Positions 1-13,594 of a stretch of DNA of 64,000 bases are shown here, piece after piece. The position numbers and the translations under genes are program-made. The notes beneath the pieces are model-generated. The model did not search any database. It was given only the letters and a program-made list of their open reading frames with translations, and was not told the origin of the DNA. How positions within the stretch are numbered: position 1 is the first letter of the stretch; each line of letters starts with the position of its first letter. This stretch comes from Neoechinorhynchus agilis (Eukaryota > Animalia > Acanthocephala): contig CM121343.1 in the NCBI GenBank assembly GCA_051530055.1, positions 2,698,389 to 2,762,388 on the forward strand. The letters are read 5' to 3'.

Positions 1-237
1 GATGTGATTTCGGCTGGAACTCGAAATCGTGCAAAAACTGTTCTTAATTTGCTGATCGTTTCGAACGCTGATATTGAACTTATCGGAATGATCTCTGGCC
101 AATGACTATAGGCATCTATAAGCACGCAATAAGGTGTCCAACGATTGGTCCTGCGAAATCTAAGTCAAGTATTTCCTCGAGTTCATGTTGACAGGCAGCA
201 AAACGTGCCGCAACGAAATGCGCTGACCGCGCGTTGC

Positions 238-1098
238 AACTTTGGACCATCCGACAATAATACCTTCAGTCTGCCATCACCGCCTGTCTGCATAGAAACG
301 TAGTGGTCCCGTACCCTGCCTGTGGCTTCACCAGAAAAACATTGAAATTCACTTGGTGGTCTATATTTGATTAAGTCGTGAGTAATCAACAGGAAGGGCG
401 AGTGGCAACAGTCAGCCAAATCGGTTAAGGCAATGTAAAAATCGACATATGACAGGACGGCCATTCGACTCCGTATTTCTTAATTAGGAAGGATGGCAGA
501 AAGATAAATGTGAGCAAGGTATGATCGTGTGACAAAGAAAAAGAAAATATTCGATGATGTGTGACGACGTTGATGCTCACAGATTTGTTTGCAATTGTTT
601 ACGACGTTAGATCTTATGATGGCGTTGATCGTGTGACAAAGAAAATATTCGATGATGTGTGACGACGTTGATGCTTACAGATTTGTTTGCAACTGTTTAC
701 GACGTTAGATCTTATGACGGCGTTGATCGTGTGACAAAGAAAATATTCGATGATGATTGACGACGTTGATGCTCACAGATTTGTTTGCAATTGTTTACGA
801 CGTTAGATCTTATGACGGCGTTGATGGTATGACAAAGAAAATATTCGATGATGTGTGACGACGTTGATGCTCACAGATTTGTTTGCAATTGTTTACGACG
901 TTAGATCTTATGACGGCGTTGATCGTGTGACAAAGAAAATATTCGATGATGTGTGACGACGTTGATGCTCACAGATTTGTTTGCAATTGTTTACGACGTT
1001 AGATCTTATGACGGCGTTGATGGTATGACAAAGAAAATATTCGATGATGTGTGACGACGTTGATGCTCACAGATTTGTTTGCTATTGTTTACGACGTT
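238..1098. repeat. Segmental duplication, copy 1 (ORF fragment MAVLSYVDFY... plus 98-bp array); copy 2 at ~8090-9000
   Basis: Near-identical sequence starts at aactttggaccatcc (~238 and ~8090) and runs through the 98-bp arrays. Sequence to the left of these points differs. Confidence 0.9.
523..1098. repeat. 98-bp tandem repeat, ~6 copies
   Basis: Unit gatcgtgtgacaaagaaaatattcgatgatgtgtgacgacgttgatgc...ggcgtt recurs at 627, 725, 823, 921 and 1019. Confidence 0.95.
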
Positions 1099-1211
1099 TT
1101 TATAGAATCCTAAATTATTGAATATCGCATGTATTTCTACATATGCTAAATCACATTCGGGGCTTTGAACGAGGTTCTTGATAATATGAGAAAATCCTGC
1201 AAAAAAATGTA

Positions 1212-1600
1212 CAAAGATTCTCGTCTCTTACTAAGGTTCGATCAGCTCTTAAGTGTGTATATCCGCACGGCAATATCTCCAATATAATAAAAGTCAGGGT
1301 AGAACGGAATGATTTGGACCGAATCAGTTCGTGTAGCTGATAGGTTTTCAATGCCCGTCTCTAAGATAGAAGAAAATGAAAAATCAGGGACTCCTTTTTC
1401 AGTGAGTTTTTGTTTGATCTTGTCACCTTCGGACTTAATATCGCGCTGTTCTGTATTTTGCGTGGTCATGTTTGTTGTGTTGATTGTTTGGTAGTCTTCA
1501 GTTTTTCACTTGAGGCTATCAAAACGCGCCGTGTGCGCAAAGATTCTTGTCTCGTACTAAGGTTCGATCAGCTCTTAAAAGTGTGTACATCCGCACGGCA
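1212..1600. repeat. ~61-bp direct repeat pair (1212-1272 and 1538-1600)
   Basis: caaagattctcgtctcttactaaggttcgatcagctcttaagtgtgtatatccgcacggca and a near-identical second copy. Confidence 0.85.
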
Positions 1601-2189
1601 GGACTTTGCAGCCAAACTTTGTTTCAAAAGCTTTCTTATCGACCTCTTCGATATCTGGAGATAGCCCAGACCCTAGAAATGTTGAACCGCAAGAATTGTA
1701 CGTAAAGGTAACATTGGGACTTTTAATCGATTCCAAATAGCATTGGTATTGATGTTTATAGATATCATTGGATAGGTATACCTTCAATTTGCCTGCACAA
1801 TATGTGACTTTCATGATTCTCTAACAGTCATCGTTGAAAGAACGAAACCATGGAACGAAATACATTTTATATAGTATATCCCGTGATTGAATCGGGTTGG
1901 AGACAATCGAGATGGAGTGTGGTCATTTTTGTAATGGAGGGGATAAGTGGATTGGATCCGTTGGACTTTCAACTGATTTTGTTTCAAGAATTTTGGGTTT
2001 AGGATTGGATTTATCACTATGATCCATGAAGTTTTTGTCATTGAGAGATAGCTTCATATCTCCGAGAATACTATTCCGGACCTCGGGAGGCACAGGAATT
2101 CTCAGAGAGGTGGGTGGCCGTTTGCCATCTTCCGCCAACGACTGAACGTTGGCGCATATTGACGTCCGCATTGCTCGGTGATATAAAAA

Positions 2190-5100
2190 CAACAAGATTT
2201 ATTCATCATTTAAACATATAAAGATGTTTTTAGACAGCAATCATATAAACAACCAGCACTTTAAGCAATTGGAGCAGAAAGTCTTCAGCTCTCCGGCCCA
2301 GGGAAACGGCAGAGACTCCAGGTGTTTGAAAAACGACTGAACAAAGGCAGTCTTGAGTTCAGGGGGCGATCCCTTGAGAATAAAATTAGGCCGGGAATAC
2401 CCCAGGGTTTTCATATGGCTTGAGCTTGGGACGCATTTAAGCCTAGTTCCATGGCTCGTCTAGCCACTTTATTGCCTACTTTAAGAAGCTTTCTCATTTT
2501 ATTAATATCTGTCCTAGGTGAAAGGTTGACGGGAAAGCTGTACCCTAGAACGCGTAATTTCAAGGGCGTATTGTCCATTTTTGAATTATTCGAGGGATTC
2601 ACGAAATTGTTAAGGAATAATTTAAGGTCTTTTCGAATTTTGGAAGAACGAACGTTAAAGATGCATAAGAATTTGGATAGATTTAAAGATAAATTCATAC
2701 ATGGTAAAATTTCATTTAGATAGTCAATACATTGTTTAATCAAAAGTTTAAGTTTGGCAGCTCTGTGAGCAGAAATATTGAAGGTTAAATCATCTGCGTA
2801 ACAGGTTATTTGCCCACGAATTTTGAAGTTTTTAAGTATATATTGAGAAGCCAGTAAGAAGAGAATTGGGGAAAGCGGAGACCCTTGAGGTACAACGTTG
2901 ATCGGATAAAAAATAGTTTTTGAGATATCATCTTCGTAATAGAAAGATTTGGTAAAAAGTATATTATGAATTCTGGAGATCAAATTATGTGGAACACCCT
3001 GTGAAATATCCAGTGCCAGGAAGGGTGGTTTTCATGGGCAGATTGGAGTTCCTAAAACTATCGTAGATACTAGTAAGCGCGGAGTGTACTGATTTTCCTT
3101 TTTGAAATCCATGGCAATTGGCCGAGATACAGTTGTGCTCCGATATAAATGAAAATAAACGACGCGCCAGAGCTCTCATGTAAATTGTGACAAAAGGATT
3201 CTGTAAGGAAATGGGCGCAGGTCCTTTGGCTGTGAAATTGATTTTTTCCCATTTTCGATAATGAAAATACGAAGTGAGACATTAATCTCTCGCCAAACGT
3301 AAGGAGAGCAGTTTAGTATCATTCGGGCCAAGTGAACGATACTATCATGGGCTAGTAAATTAAAAATTTTGGTACCAGAACTGGAATTCGAAGACGCCAA
3401 CTTTGGATTATTTGACCAGACCTCAAGAATATCATCCAGAGTCAAATTCACTCTGTTTGCGATTTTTTTCCGAAAAATTATTGTTGGAGGGATATCTTTG
3501 AGGGAACCCGAAGAGTGAAATTCAAAAATAGAATTTAATATATCCTCAAACGTCGAAACCTTAAGCCAGCCTGTTATTTTAGATTTGTAAGGTAGATTGC
3601 TCTTCGCTCGAGGAAAAAGGTTTCAAGACGACAAGTAAATTAGCTCTCTGATGTAACTGCTGTCGACAGCGAGCAGCCCAGAAATGACTGGTTAATGATT
3701 TGACGAGAGGGACATCGCCGGACCTCTTCGCCAAAAAGAGTTGGCGTCCAAGAAAGCGTAGAGAGCGACTTTCATAAGGTCCAGAGAAGGTCCTCACCGT
3801 ACGAAATAGAAAAATATTAGCTAACTCGTTAAGAGCATTATTAACGAAAGGTAAGACATATAAGAGCTTATTTTGATTAAATACTAGAGAGATAAGATTT
3901 TAACTAACTAGGCGGAAAAAGGCAACGTTGAGTGGTGATATGTGATAGGTTTTGCGTAGTGTAGAGTTAGGACCAAAGGACCAAATTAGGATATCATGCC
4001 CTAACAGGTCTAAAAGAGACACCTGACGATCGAATTGAATCAAGAAATTGAGGTGTCTCTTATAAATGATCAGATCTAAGAACGAGTGCGTTTTATAAGC
4101 GAGATTATGAAAAGAGAGAGTAGAGGGATAGGTTAAAGAGCAAAAAGGTTGAACTGCGTTGACATTGGCCTTAGACCATTTTAAAGATGGATCATTGAAG
4201 TCTCCCACTATGATGTCAATATTGGCTCTGAGAAGCCATTTGATTCTGCTTTTAATGTATGCCCGGTGGATAAAACCTGGTTTAATGTATAAATTGATAA
4301 AGGTGAGAAATTTCTTATTTACAAGGATAAGACATTTCCGGTGAAGTAAAAGAGGACAACAGAGAGGGATTGAGCGAAGAGTGAAAAATTGAAATAAGAC
4401 ACTGTGAGGCGGGACTAAAAGGAGCAGTGATAAAAGAGGTGAACGTTGAGACGTTCAATTGAAGTAGATAGCTATAAAGTTGATCCAAGGTAAAAATACT
4501 TTTCGTTTCCTGCAAGAAAATGATTGAGACGCCTGGTAAGAAACGAGCTAGCCTGTTAAGGTTGGTCGCCCCACCACAGTTCCATTGAAACACCCGAAAA
4601 TCCCAAACCATTACCTGGGTCTTTGAGCTATCAGAGTTTTCTGGTGGCTGCATCTGGAATAAGAGCCGCAGTTCCATTATTAATAAGCGCGGCTTGAGTG
4701 TTGATGATTCTAGTGACGAAGTCAGAATCAGTTTCATCTAATTCCATGACTGAATCATCACTATTAGAACGAGTCACATTGGAGGTTATATTGGATTTTT
4801 TGGCCGATCGAGGGTTCGTATCGGACGAATTGAGTCATGTTTCAAATCTATTGGAAATTGAAGGCTGGAAGAGATTATATCTGGGAGATTGCCGATGAGG
4901 GTACACATCTTCTTCTCAAAAGTAGTGATAGCTTCGGTAAAACGTGTTTGCATAACCGTCAGTAGCTTGTTACAGACCTCCTCCAGACGACATTCTAGAT
5001 GTTCCATCGTTACTAGCTGCGATGAGACCGTACTTTGAGATACATTAATGCCAGGGAAGATGCCTGATGCATATAATTGGAAACAGGAATCGCCGAGACC

Positions 5101-6240
5101 ATTGGTTGACGGATAAATCGAGAGCGTGAGCTATTATTGAATTGTCCTTTTTGAGCCCAGGACCAACAGTTTTTGAAGGCTGAACAACCTTTATAGAAAA
5201 CTGAATATTGATCTCCGCAGTTTGCACAACGTTTAATTGATTTATTTGGACAATTCTGAGAGGAGTGTTCTGTCTCCGCACAGAAACGACATTTAGGAGT
5301 GTTCGAGCTACATTGTTGAGCCCAATGGCCCCAGCCCATCCTGATGACTGCTAGATTTTTTGTGAAACGTATTTCAAAGCAGTTGAAAGCACTGTGCGTG
5401 TTTTCGCATAATTCATTCCTAAATTGTCTAAAGCCTTCGACCATGGCTAACGAGATCCGCTTGCCTGATCTGCGTGAATTGAGAAAAAAATTTAATTTTG
5501 ACGTTGAAAAGCTTTTCAAATTCGGCTTTTTCTTCACAATTTAAATTTGGTTGCAGTCCGTTCGCAAGGAATTGTACTTTTTGAGTGACCGATTCAACTG
5601 AGAAGACATCACACGGAAGATTGAAGCTTGCGAAGTCTTTTAGACCGGCTAGCTAAGCATTATTAATCAAATAGACTCTTAAGATTCCACCGAAATATGT
5701 AACACGATCGATTCGTTTAATATCGTCGTTTTGAAACGAGCTTGCCCAGGGGGCAACGCTGTGATTGTAAATTACTTCTTTAGGCATTATCGGGTTTGAT
5801 TTGATATTGAGGATGAAAGGCCATCGTTTGATTGGATAAACTAAGTATCCATGAGTATGGATTGCAGATGCCAACTGTTGGGAGATTTTTTTAATCTGAG
5901 ACCCCTCCAACAGGAGCTGAGAAGAGGGATTCGATCCCGAATCAGTGACTAATTGATGTTGAGACTCTGAGGTTAAAGAAAACCTCAAAGCATTAGGTGG
6001 TCTTTTGCCACCAACCGCAACAAGTTTCGAAAACATGTTGTGCAGTATCGTGTCCCAAGCCTCGTTGATATGTTATGACGTGTGTACACATCGATCGATA
6101 CAAACGAGGTCCAACGGTGAAGTTTTAGTGATGTTAAGTTTGGTGACGTCACTAAACTTTTTGGATTCTTCCGCGCTTTCTGTGACGTCATAAGTGTTAA
6201 AAGTGCGTTTCTTTCGTTTTTTCACGTTTTCACTCTCAAC
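2190..6240 (-). mobile_element. Degenerate non-LTR retrotransposon (APE-RT LINE, I/Jockey-like) with gag-like ORF1
   Basis: ORF1 zinc knuckles GHWAQQC/CRFCAETEHSSQNC/CANCGDQYSVFYKGC (5013-5537). APE motifs QWNCGG..LQET (4315-4737) and GDFN..LDL..GHD (3900-4208). RT motifs PKDLRP, HGFQKGKS and PQGSPLSP..YADD (2411-3451). Minus-strand AATAAA at 2198-2203. Many stops and frameshifts; the 5' boundary is approximate. Confidence 0.85.
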
Positions 6241-6295
6241 GTCGAATCGAATGGGCATCGCAATTTGCAAATGGTTGTCGTTGTGCTCTTTTATG

Positions 6296-7275
6296 AATGA
6301 TTTCGAGAGACTCGAGCGTTGCGGCTTGCTAAACTTGAGATGTAAGTAAATGTTTTTGATGCAAATTTGGATCTTGGTACTCCTTGCCACGTCCTTGTAT
6401 TCTGAATTTTATTTTCTTTATTGTTGCTGTAAACATCAATTTTAAGAATATCCACTTTTTTTATCAACTCCTTTGTGTGTTTTTCGTCGTCATTTACCAA
6501 ATCCTTTTCGTTTTCCTTCAACTTAGGACCACAGAAGCATTTTAAGACTGTTTGGGATATCCGACGAAAACCTTGTAATTTTTACGTTTCGTTTATGTTT
6601 TCAGCATTCTCAATTATTCGTTGTTTTGAATGATTTCTTTGCTTAAGGCAAAAGAGTTTTCTCATCACTAAAAGAAAAGATGTTGAGAACATGTAGTTCA
6701 AAGTTTTATACTCACTTTTCATTTCACTGTTAACGCGAACAATCATCTTGGTAATGATTTCGAGAGACTCGAGCATTTCGGCATTCTAAGCTTGAGATAT
6801 AGGTAAATGTTTTTGATGCAAATTTGGATCTTGGTACTCCTTGCCACGTCCTTGTATTCTGAATTTTATTTTCTTTATTGTTGCTGTAAACATCAATTTT
6901 AAGAATATCCACTTTTTTTATCAACTCCTTTGTGTGTTTTTCGTCGTCATTTACCAAATCCTTTTCGTTTTCCTTCAACTTAGGACCACAGAAGCATTTT
7001 AAGACTGTTTGGGATATCCGACGAAAACCTTGTAATTTTTACGTTTCGTTTATGTTTTCAGCATTCTCAATTATTCGTTGTTTTGAATGATTTCTTTGCT
7101 TAAGGCAAAAGAGTTTTCTCATCACTAAAAGAAAAGATGTTGAGAACATGGAGTTCAAAGTTTTATACTCACTTTTCATTTCACTGTTAACGCGAACAAT
7201 CTTCTTGGTAATGATTTCGAGAGAATCGAGCGTTGCGGCTTGCTAAACTTGGCATGTAAGTAAATGTTTTTGACG
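6296..7275. repeat. 457-bp tandem duplication, ~2.1 copies
   Basis: aatgatttcgagaga... starts at 6296, 6753 and 7210; the duplicated ORF MKENEKDLVNDD... is 457 bp apart. Confidence 0.9.
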
Positions 7276-7490
7276 AAAATTTGGATTTGAATATCTCACT
7301 TTAATTAAGAAGTTATCTACGCTTAATTAAGGTTGAAATCAATACTTTAATTTGAGCATTTTAAAGATTTGCTCTAATAATTTTTACTAGCAGAATTCTC
7401 CTAGTTTCGAACTAGAATTTTTGACCGATTTTTGAAGGATTAGTCGTTATGTTTCACATGATCCGCGTTCACTCTTCACTGCTATGCGTT

Positions 7491-8316
7491 TTATCTCTTG
7501 ATTGCTCTGTCAGAGCCAGGCTCGTCGTCTCTTTCTTGGAACTTACATATTTTGCTGCCTTTATACCATTTTGCTAACTTATCTCCCATCTCCGGGTGGC
7601 CGAAGAGGATTATAGCCGTGTAATTGGGATCTACTGCCTTTCCTTTATTAAAGACTGTACCGATTAACGTGCTGTGTTGATCATTTTGAAAGTCATTCGG
7701 TAGAACCAGCGGTGGTACCGTGGCATATCCATAGGATTTTCCAATCATTGGCAATGTTTATGATAAATTTGGTAATCCTATCTACCATTTCCATATTATC
7801 TTCGTTGTGATTAAGGCGTGGCACGTGGAAAGCATTCGTGAATCACCGTGGACGCTTTGACTGTACCAAAGACGGCAGCGACATCATCATTCGATTTGAA
7901 TGCAAAGTTCGACCCTTCGTGAATCGCTACTACATCATGCAATCGAAATGTACCAATATCGTATTTCGTGACGTACTTGGGCAAATAGTTTGCAAGGTTC
8001 CGGGGTTCCGAGGATAAAAACGTACCTCTGGTAGGATACAACACTACAACCATTATCTCACCCCAACTTCCCAATCGTACATAATCTGTAACTTTGGACC
8101 ATCCGACAATAATACCTTCAGTCTGCCATCACCGCGTGTCTGCATAGAAACGCAGTGGTCCCGTACGCTGCCTGTGGCTTCGCCAGAAAAACATTGAAAT
8201 TCACTTGGTTGTCTATATTTGATTAAGTCGTGAGTAATCAACAGGAAGGGCGAGTGGCAACAGTCAGCCAAGTCGGTTAAGGCAATGTAAAAATCGACAT
8301 ATGACAGGACGGCCAT
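7491..8316 (-). pseudogene. Frameshifted relic of an unidentified protein-coding sequence
   Basis: Consecutive protein-like minus-strand ORF fragments (8053-8316, 7811-8074, 7491-7754) with a bridging frame FHVPRLNHNEDNMEMVDRITKFIINIANDWKILWICHGT. No family recognised. Confidence 0.35.
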
Positions 8317-8374
8317 TCGACTCCGTATTTCTTAATTAGGAAGGATGGCAGAAAGATAAAAGTGAGCAAGGTAT

Positions 8375-9112
8375 GATCGTGTGACAAAGAAAAAGAAAAT
8401 ATTCGATGATGTGTGACGACGTTGATGCTCACAGATTTGTTTGCAATTGTTTACGACGTTAGATCTTATGATGGCGTTGATCGTGTGACAAAGAAAATAT
8501 TCGATGATGTGTGACGACGTTGATGCTTACAGATTTGTTTGCAACTGTTTACGACGTTAGATCTTATGACGGCGTTGATCGTGTGACAAAGAAAATATTC
8601 GATGATGTGTGACGACGTCGATGCTCACAGATTTGTTTGCAATTGTTTACGACGTTAGATCTTATGATGGCGTTGATCGTGTGACAAAGAAAATATTCGA
8701 TGATGTGTGACGACGTTGATGCTCACAGATTTGTTTGCAATTGTTTACGACGTTAGATCTTATGACGGCGTTGATCGTGTGTCAAAGAAAATATTCGATG
8801 ATGTGTGACGACGTCGATGCTTACAGATTTGTTTGCAATTGTTTACGACGTTAGATCTTATGACGGCGTTGATCGTGTGTCAAAGAAAATATTCGATGAT
8901 GTGTGACGACGTTGATGCTTACTGATTTGTTTGCAAATGTTTACGACGTTATATCTTATGACGGCGTTGATCGTGTGACAAAGAAAATATTCGATGATGT
9001 GTGACGACGTCGATGCTCACAGATTTGTTTGCTATTGTTTACGACGTTAGATCTTATGACGGCGTTGATCGTGTGTCAAAGAAAATATTCGATGATGCGT
9101 GGCGACGTAGAT
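8375..9112. repeat. 98-bp tandem repeat, ~7.5 copies (same family as 523-1098)
   Basis: Same unit at a 98-bp period. Confidence 0.95.
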
Positions 9113-10149
9113 CGTATCGTTGATGACGAACTAATGGTACGTTTTTAAACGTTGACGAGAGAGAGGACGTTGACGAACCTCTCTTGATACGTTTCTTTTG
9201 TGGGATTTTTGAAAATAAAGAACGACCCAGCGACCAGTGCCATGCTTGGTGACTTACGAATGTTGACTATACGAAGTCCTCTGCACTACCAGAACTCATA
9301 ATTTCTAATCTAAAAGACCAAAAACAACATTCGTTGTGTATATATGGGAATCGATTAGTGGCTGACGTAACACATTCTCCTCCCTAAAAAGTACTCGTCG
9401 TACGTTCTCCTCGGTGTCCTCCTATTCCGTGCACTTCGCAAACCCGGCGCTTCACTTGTCGATTCCACGTTCCCATTGCCTTGAGCACTTGTTCGTGATG
9501 GAGGCGCGGAATCATACGCGTCCCTCAGTAAATACTATTGCCTCACAGTAATATGATAACCATGCACAATTAATTACAATACTACATAGCGCAAAAGTCC
9601 AATAAGGATTCAAGTTCCTTTACCAAACGTTTTGCTTCTAATTGGTCATTTTCCGTTGGGGATATCTTATATGTTCGGCTCAAGACCGAATTGTTCGAGG
9701 CCTTCGTACATAGTATTCTAAAAACTGAAGACTACACCCGATAAAAATAATTTATGCGAAAATGGCTGAAAAGGGTCACCATCGAAGTTTAATTTTAAAA
9801 AACAATTTACATAGTTTATCATTAAAAGTTTTAAAAAAGGGCACCCGTAGTTCTGGAGGTCTACAGAACGCAATGAAGCACAATGACCCTTTTACAATAA
9901 TTTGGAGTGCACGGAGAAGGGTTGGGAAAGGAATCAGGAGATGACTTGAGCGCTTAATTACAGATTTAATTTTTACAGAATGAACTCTTCAGAGAAGTAT
10001 TAATAAAAATTCGGTTTTGTGTAGAAGGGAAGTCAATTCCCAGCACAGCAAAAATGTCGCATTTTATTCCCAGAGCAGAGATGCAATTAAAGAGAAATCT
10101 CTGGAATCGAGTGATAAAATTTGTTTTCGATTTTTCATCATTGTAGTAT

Positions 10150-11932
10150 GCAAAATTTTCAAATTAAGAGTAATAAAAGTTCGATTTTGATCGCAAAACA
10201 CCTTCGACGCATTGATTTTTGATCGATAAGAATAAGATCGTGTTCAAAATAAGATAGAAAAATGCTGCCCTCAATTCATAGAACATCGATTCAATTATAA
10301 TGAAACTTCCTGAACGTTTTCAATTTTTAATCATGGCAGTAAGCAAAATTTTCATAAGAAGAATAACAAAAGTTCGATTTTGATCACAAAACCCGTCTGA
10401 CGTATTGATTTTTGATCGATAATTAAAAAAGTATTCAAGATTGGATAGAAAAATGCCGCCCTCAATTCATAGAACATCGATTCAATTATAATGAAACTTC
10501 CTGAACGTTTTCAATTTTTAATCGTGGCAGTAAGGAAAGTTTTCATATAAAGCGTAATAAAAGTTCGATTTTGATCACAAAACCCGCCTGACGTATTGAT
10601 TTTTGATCGATAATTGAAAAGGCATTTAAAATTAGATAGAAAAATGCCGCCCTCAATTCATAGAACACCGATTTAATTATAATGAAACTTCCTGAACGTT
10701 TTCAATTTTTAATCGTGGCAGTAAGGAAAGTTTTCATAAGAAGAATAACAAAAGTTCGATTTTGATCACAAAACCCGTCTGACGTATTGATTTTTGATCG
10801 ATAATTGAAAAGGTATTTAAAATTAGATAGAAAAATGCCGCCCTCAATTCATAGAACATCGATTCAATTATAATGAAACTTCCTGAACGTTTTCAATTTT
10901 TAATCGTGGCAGTAAGGAAAGTTTTCATAAGAAGAATAACAAAAGTTCGATTTTGATCACAAAACCCGTCTGACGTATTGATTTTTGATCGATAATTGAA
11001 AAGGTATTTAAAATTAGATAGAAAAATGCCGCCCTCAATTCATAGAACATCGATTCAATTATAATGAAACTTCCTGAACGTTTTCAATTTTTAATCGTGG
11101 CAGTAAGCAAAATTTTCATAAGAAGAATAACAAAAGTTCGATTTTGATCACAAAACCCGTCTGACGTATTGATTTTTGATCGATAATTAAAAAGGTATTT
11201 AAAATTAGATAGAAAAATGCCGCCCTCAATTCATAGAACATCGATTCAATTATAATGAAACTTCCTGAACGTTTTCAATTTTTAATCGTGGCAGTAAGCA
11301 AAATTTTCATAAGAAGAATAACAAAAGTTCGATTTTGATCACAAAACCCGTCTGACGTATTGATTTTTGATCGATAATTAAAAAGGTATTTAAAATTAGA
11401 TAGAAAAATGCCGCCCTCAATTCATAGAACATCGATTCAATTATAATGAAACTTCCTGAACGTTTTCAATTTTTAATCGTGGCAGTAAGGAAAGTTTTCA
11501 TAAGAAGAATAACAAAAGTTCGATTTTGATCACAAAACCCGTCTGACGTATTGATTTTTGATCGATAATTGAAAAGGTATTTAAAATTAGATAGAAAAAT
11601 GCCGCCCTCAATTCATAGAACATCGATTCAATTATAATGAAACTTCCTGAACGTTTTCAATTTTTAATCGTGGCAGTAAGCAAAATTTTCATAAGAAGAA
11701 TAACAAAAGTTCGATTTTGATCACAAAACCCGTCTGACGTATTGATTTTTGATCAATAATTGAAAAGGTATTTAAAATTAGATAGAAAAATGCCGCCCTC
11801 AATCCATAGAACATCGATTCAATTATAATGAAACTTCCTGAACGTTTTCAATTTTTAATCGTGGCAGTAAGCAAAATGTTCATAAGAAGAATAATAAAAG
11901 CTCGATTTTGATCCCAAAACCCATCTGACGTA
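10150..11932. repeat. 191-bp satellite (family A), left arm
   Basis: gccgccctcaattcatag recurs at 10455, 10646, 10837, 11028 and onward at a 191-bp spacing. The array is interrupted at 11932. Confidence 0.95.
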
Positions 11933-13594
11933 CCGTATCCTCTGGTCTCAACGAGGTGTCCAACAAGGAGATCCTCTCGGTCCTATCGGTTTCTCTCTTG
12001 CCGTCAACCCGATCGCTCATTCGCTCCAATCCAAGTTTAATGCTTGGTATTTGGACGATGCAACACTCGTTGGGTCTGCCTCCGTGGTGTTGCGAGATTT
12101 GGAGGTCGTCATGAGGGAAGCTGCCAAGCTCGGCGTTGAGCTTAATACCTCGAAATGCGAGCTGTTTGTGATGAATGCAGAAAACGCCGCTAGTCAAACT
12201 GAGATCCTCAACAGCTTTTCGCAGCTAGCACCTAACATCAAAATAATTTCGCGTGCTCAACTGTCTCTTCTGGGTAGTTGCGTTTTTAATGAAAATATAC
12301 CTCAGGAGATCCTCCAAATAGCGGCGAGAGTCGAATTGCTCTGCGAGCGTACTAAGGAACTTCCATCCCATCAGGCATTATTTTTAATAAAGAGTGCCCT
12401 GTTCCTTCCGAAGTTGCTGTACAAGTTGCGTACAGCGCCCTTCTTCAAACATCAACACTTATTGGCGAAAATTGATGATAATTTAAGGAGGTGTCTCGAA
12501 GGGATTTTAAGTATCCAACTGTCGGATGCCGCATGGAGACAAGCTTCCTTGCCTGTATCACCGGCGGTTTGGGTATTCGTAAAACAGCCGATGTTGCGAT
12601 TCCGGCCTTTTTAGGTTCCTATGAGAGCAGCCGAAAGTTGGTAGCTAAATTGCTCGAAAAAGAGTTTTTACTTGATGAAAATTTTAAAGAGGCGGTCTTC
12701 GAATTTTGCCGCATTACGCAGTGCGATGAAGTTACTTTGAGAGGCAAGAGACAGTCAGTTTGGGATAAACCTTTAATCACGCGAGTTCGCAACTCTATGC
12801 TTTCTGACGCGCGTGATGAGGTGACCCGAGCTCGATTGTTGGCGGTCTCCTCGAAGGAATCCGGTGCCTGGCTGAACGCCGTTCCGATTCCTTCGATCGG
12901 AAATTTACTGTCGGACGAAACAGTAAGGATCGGAGTGTCCTTACGACTGGGAATCCCGATTTGTGTCCCACACTACTGTCGTTGTGGGGCCCTTGTGGAT
13001 TCTTTGGGTAGACACGGTCTCGTCTGTCGCCAGTCCGGTGGCAGGTATGCTCGCCACGCTGAGATTAACTCGGTTATTAGTCGGGCCTTAAACACGATAC
13101 ACGCACCGAATCTGCTCGAACCGAGTCACCTCTGCAGACTCGACGGTCGAAGACCGGATGGGGTAACTGTGTTCCCGTGGCGAGAAGGGAAATCCCTTCT
13201 CTGGGACGCTACTTGTGTGGACACCCTTGCTCTGTCCAATCTAAGACATTCCTCAAGGCGCGAAGGAGGTGCTGCAATTGCCGCAGAGGAACGCAAGCGC
13301 GGGAAGTACGCGGAGCTCTTGAGGGCACATCACTTCGTCCTTTCGGCGTTGAGACGCTCGGTGCCTTCGATGCTGAGGCCAAGAACTTTAGGGCGGATCT
13401 TTCAAGGAAGATGAGGATCGCAACCGGAGACCCAAGAGCAGGAACGTTCTTCCTGCAAAACATAGGTCTCGCGATCCAGCGCGGCAACGCTGCAAGTGTC
13501 CTTGCGACAGTTTCGAGTGGTAAAGAGATGGATCTGGGAGGCTCGTAGATACATGAGACTTGATTTGCTGTGAGCTTAGTCTTTGTATGAATTA
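11933..13594 (+). mobile_element. 5'-truncated CRE-clade non-LTR retrotransposon (RT plus restriction-like endonuclease)
   Basis: Begins inside the RT: WSQRGVQQGDPLGP..AWYLDDA, then LPVS.GGLGIR, SGAWLNAVP, CCHC (C.CGA..HGLVC..RH), RLE RRPDG..WDATCV and IGLAIQRGNA. Stop at 13546-13548, followed by a short 3' UTR. Two 1-nt frameshifts (~12565, ~13340). Confidence 0.93.

Noticed and set aside
9380-9530. GC-rich segment ending in TTTTT on the minus strand, considered as a Pol III ncRNA
   Set aside because: No U6, 7SL, tRNA or 5S motifs were recognised, and it reads equally well as a short decayed ORF.
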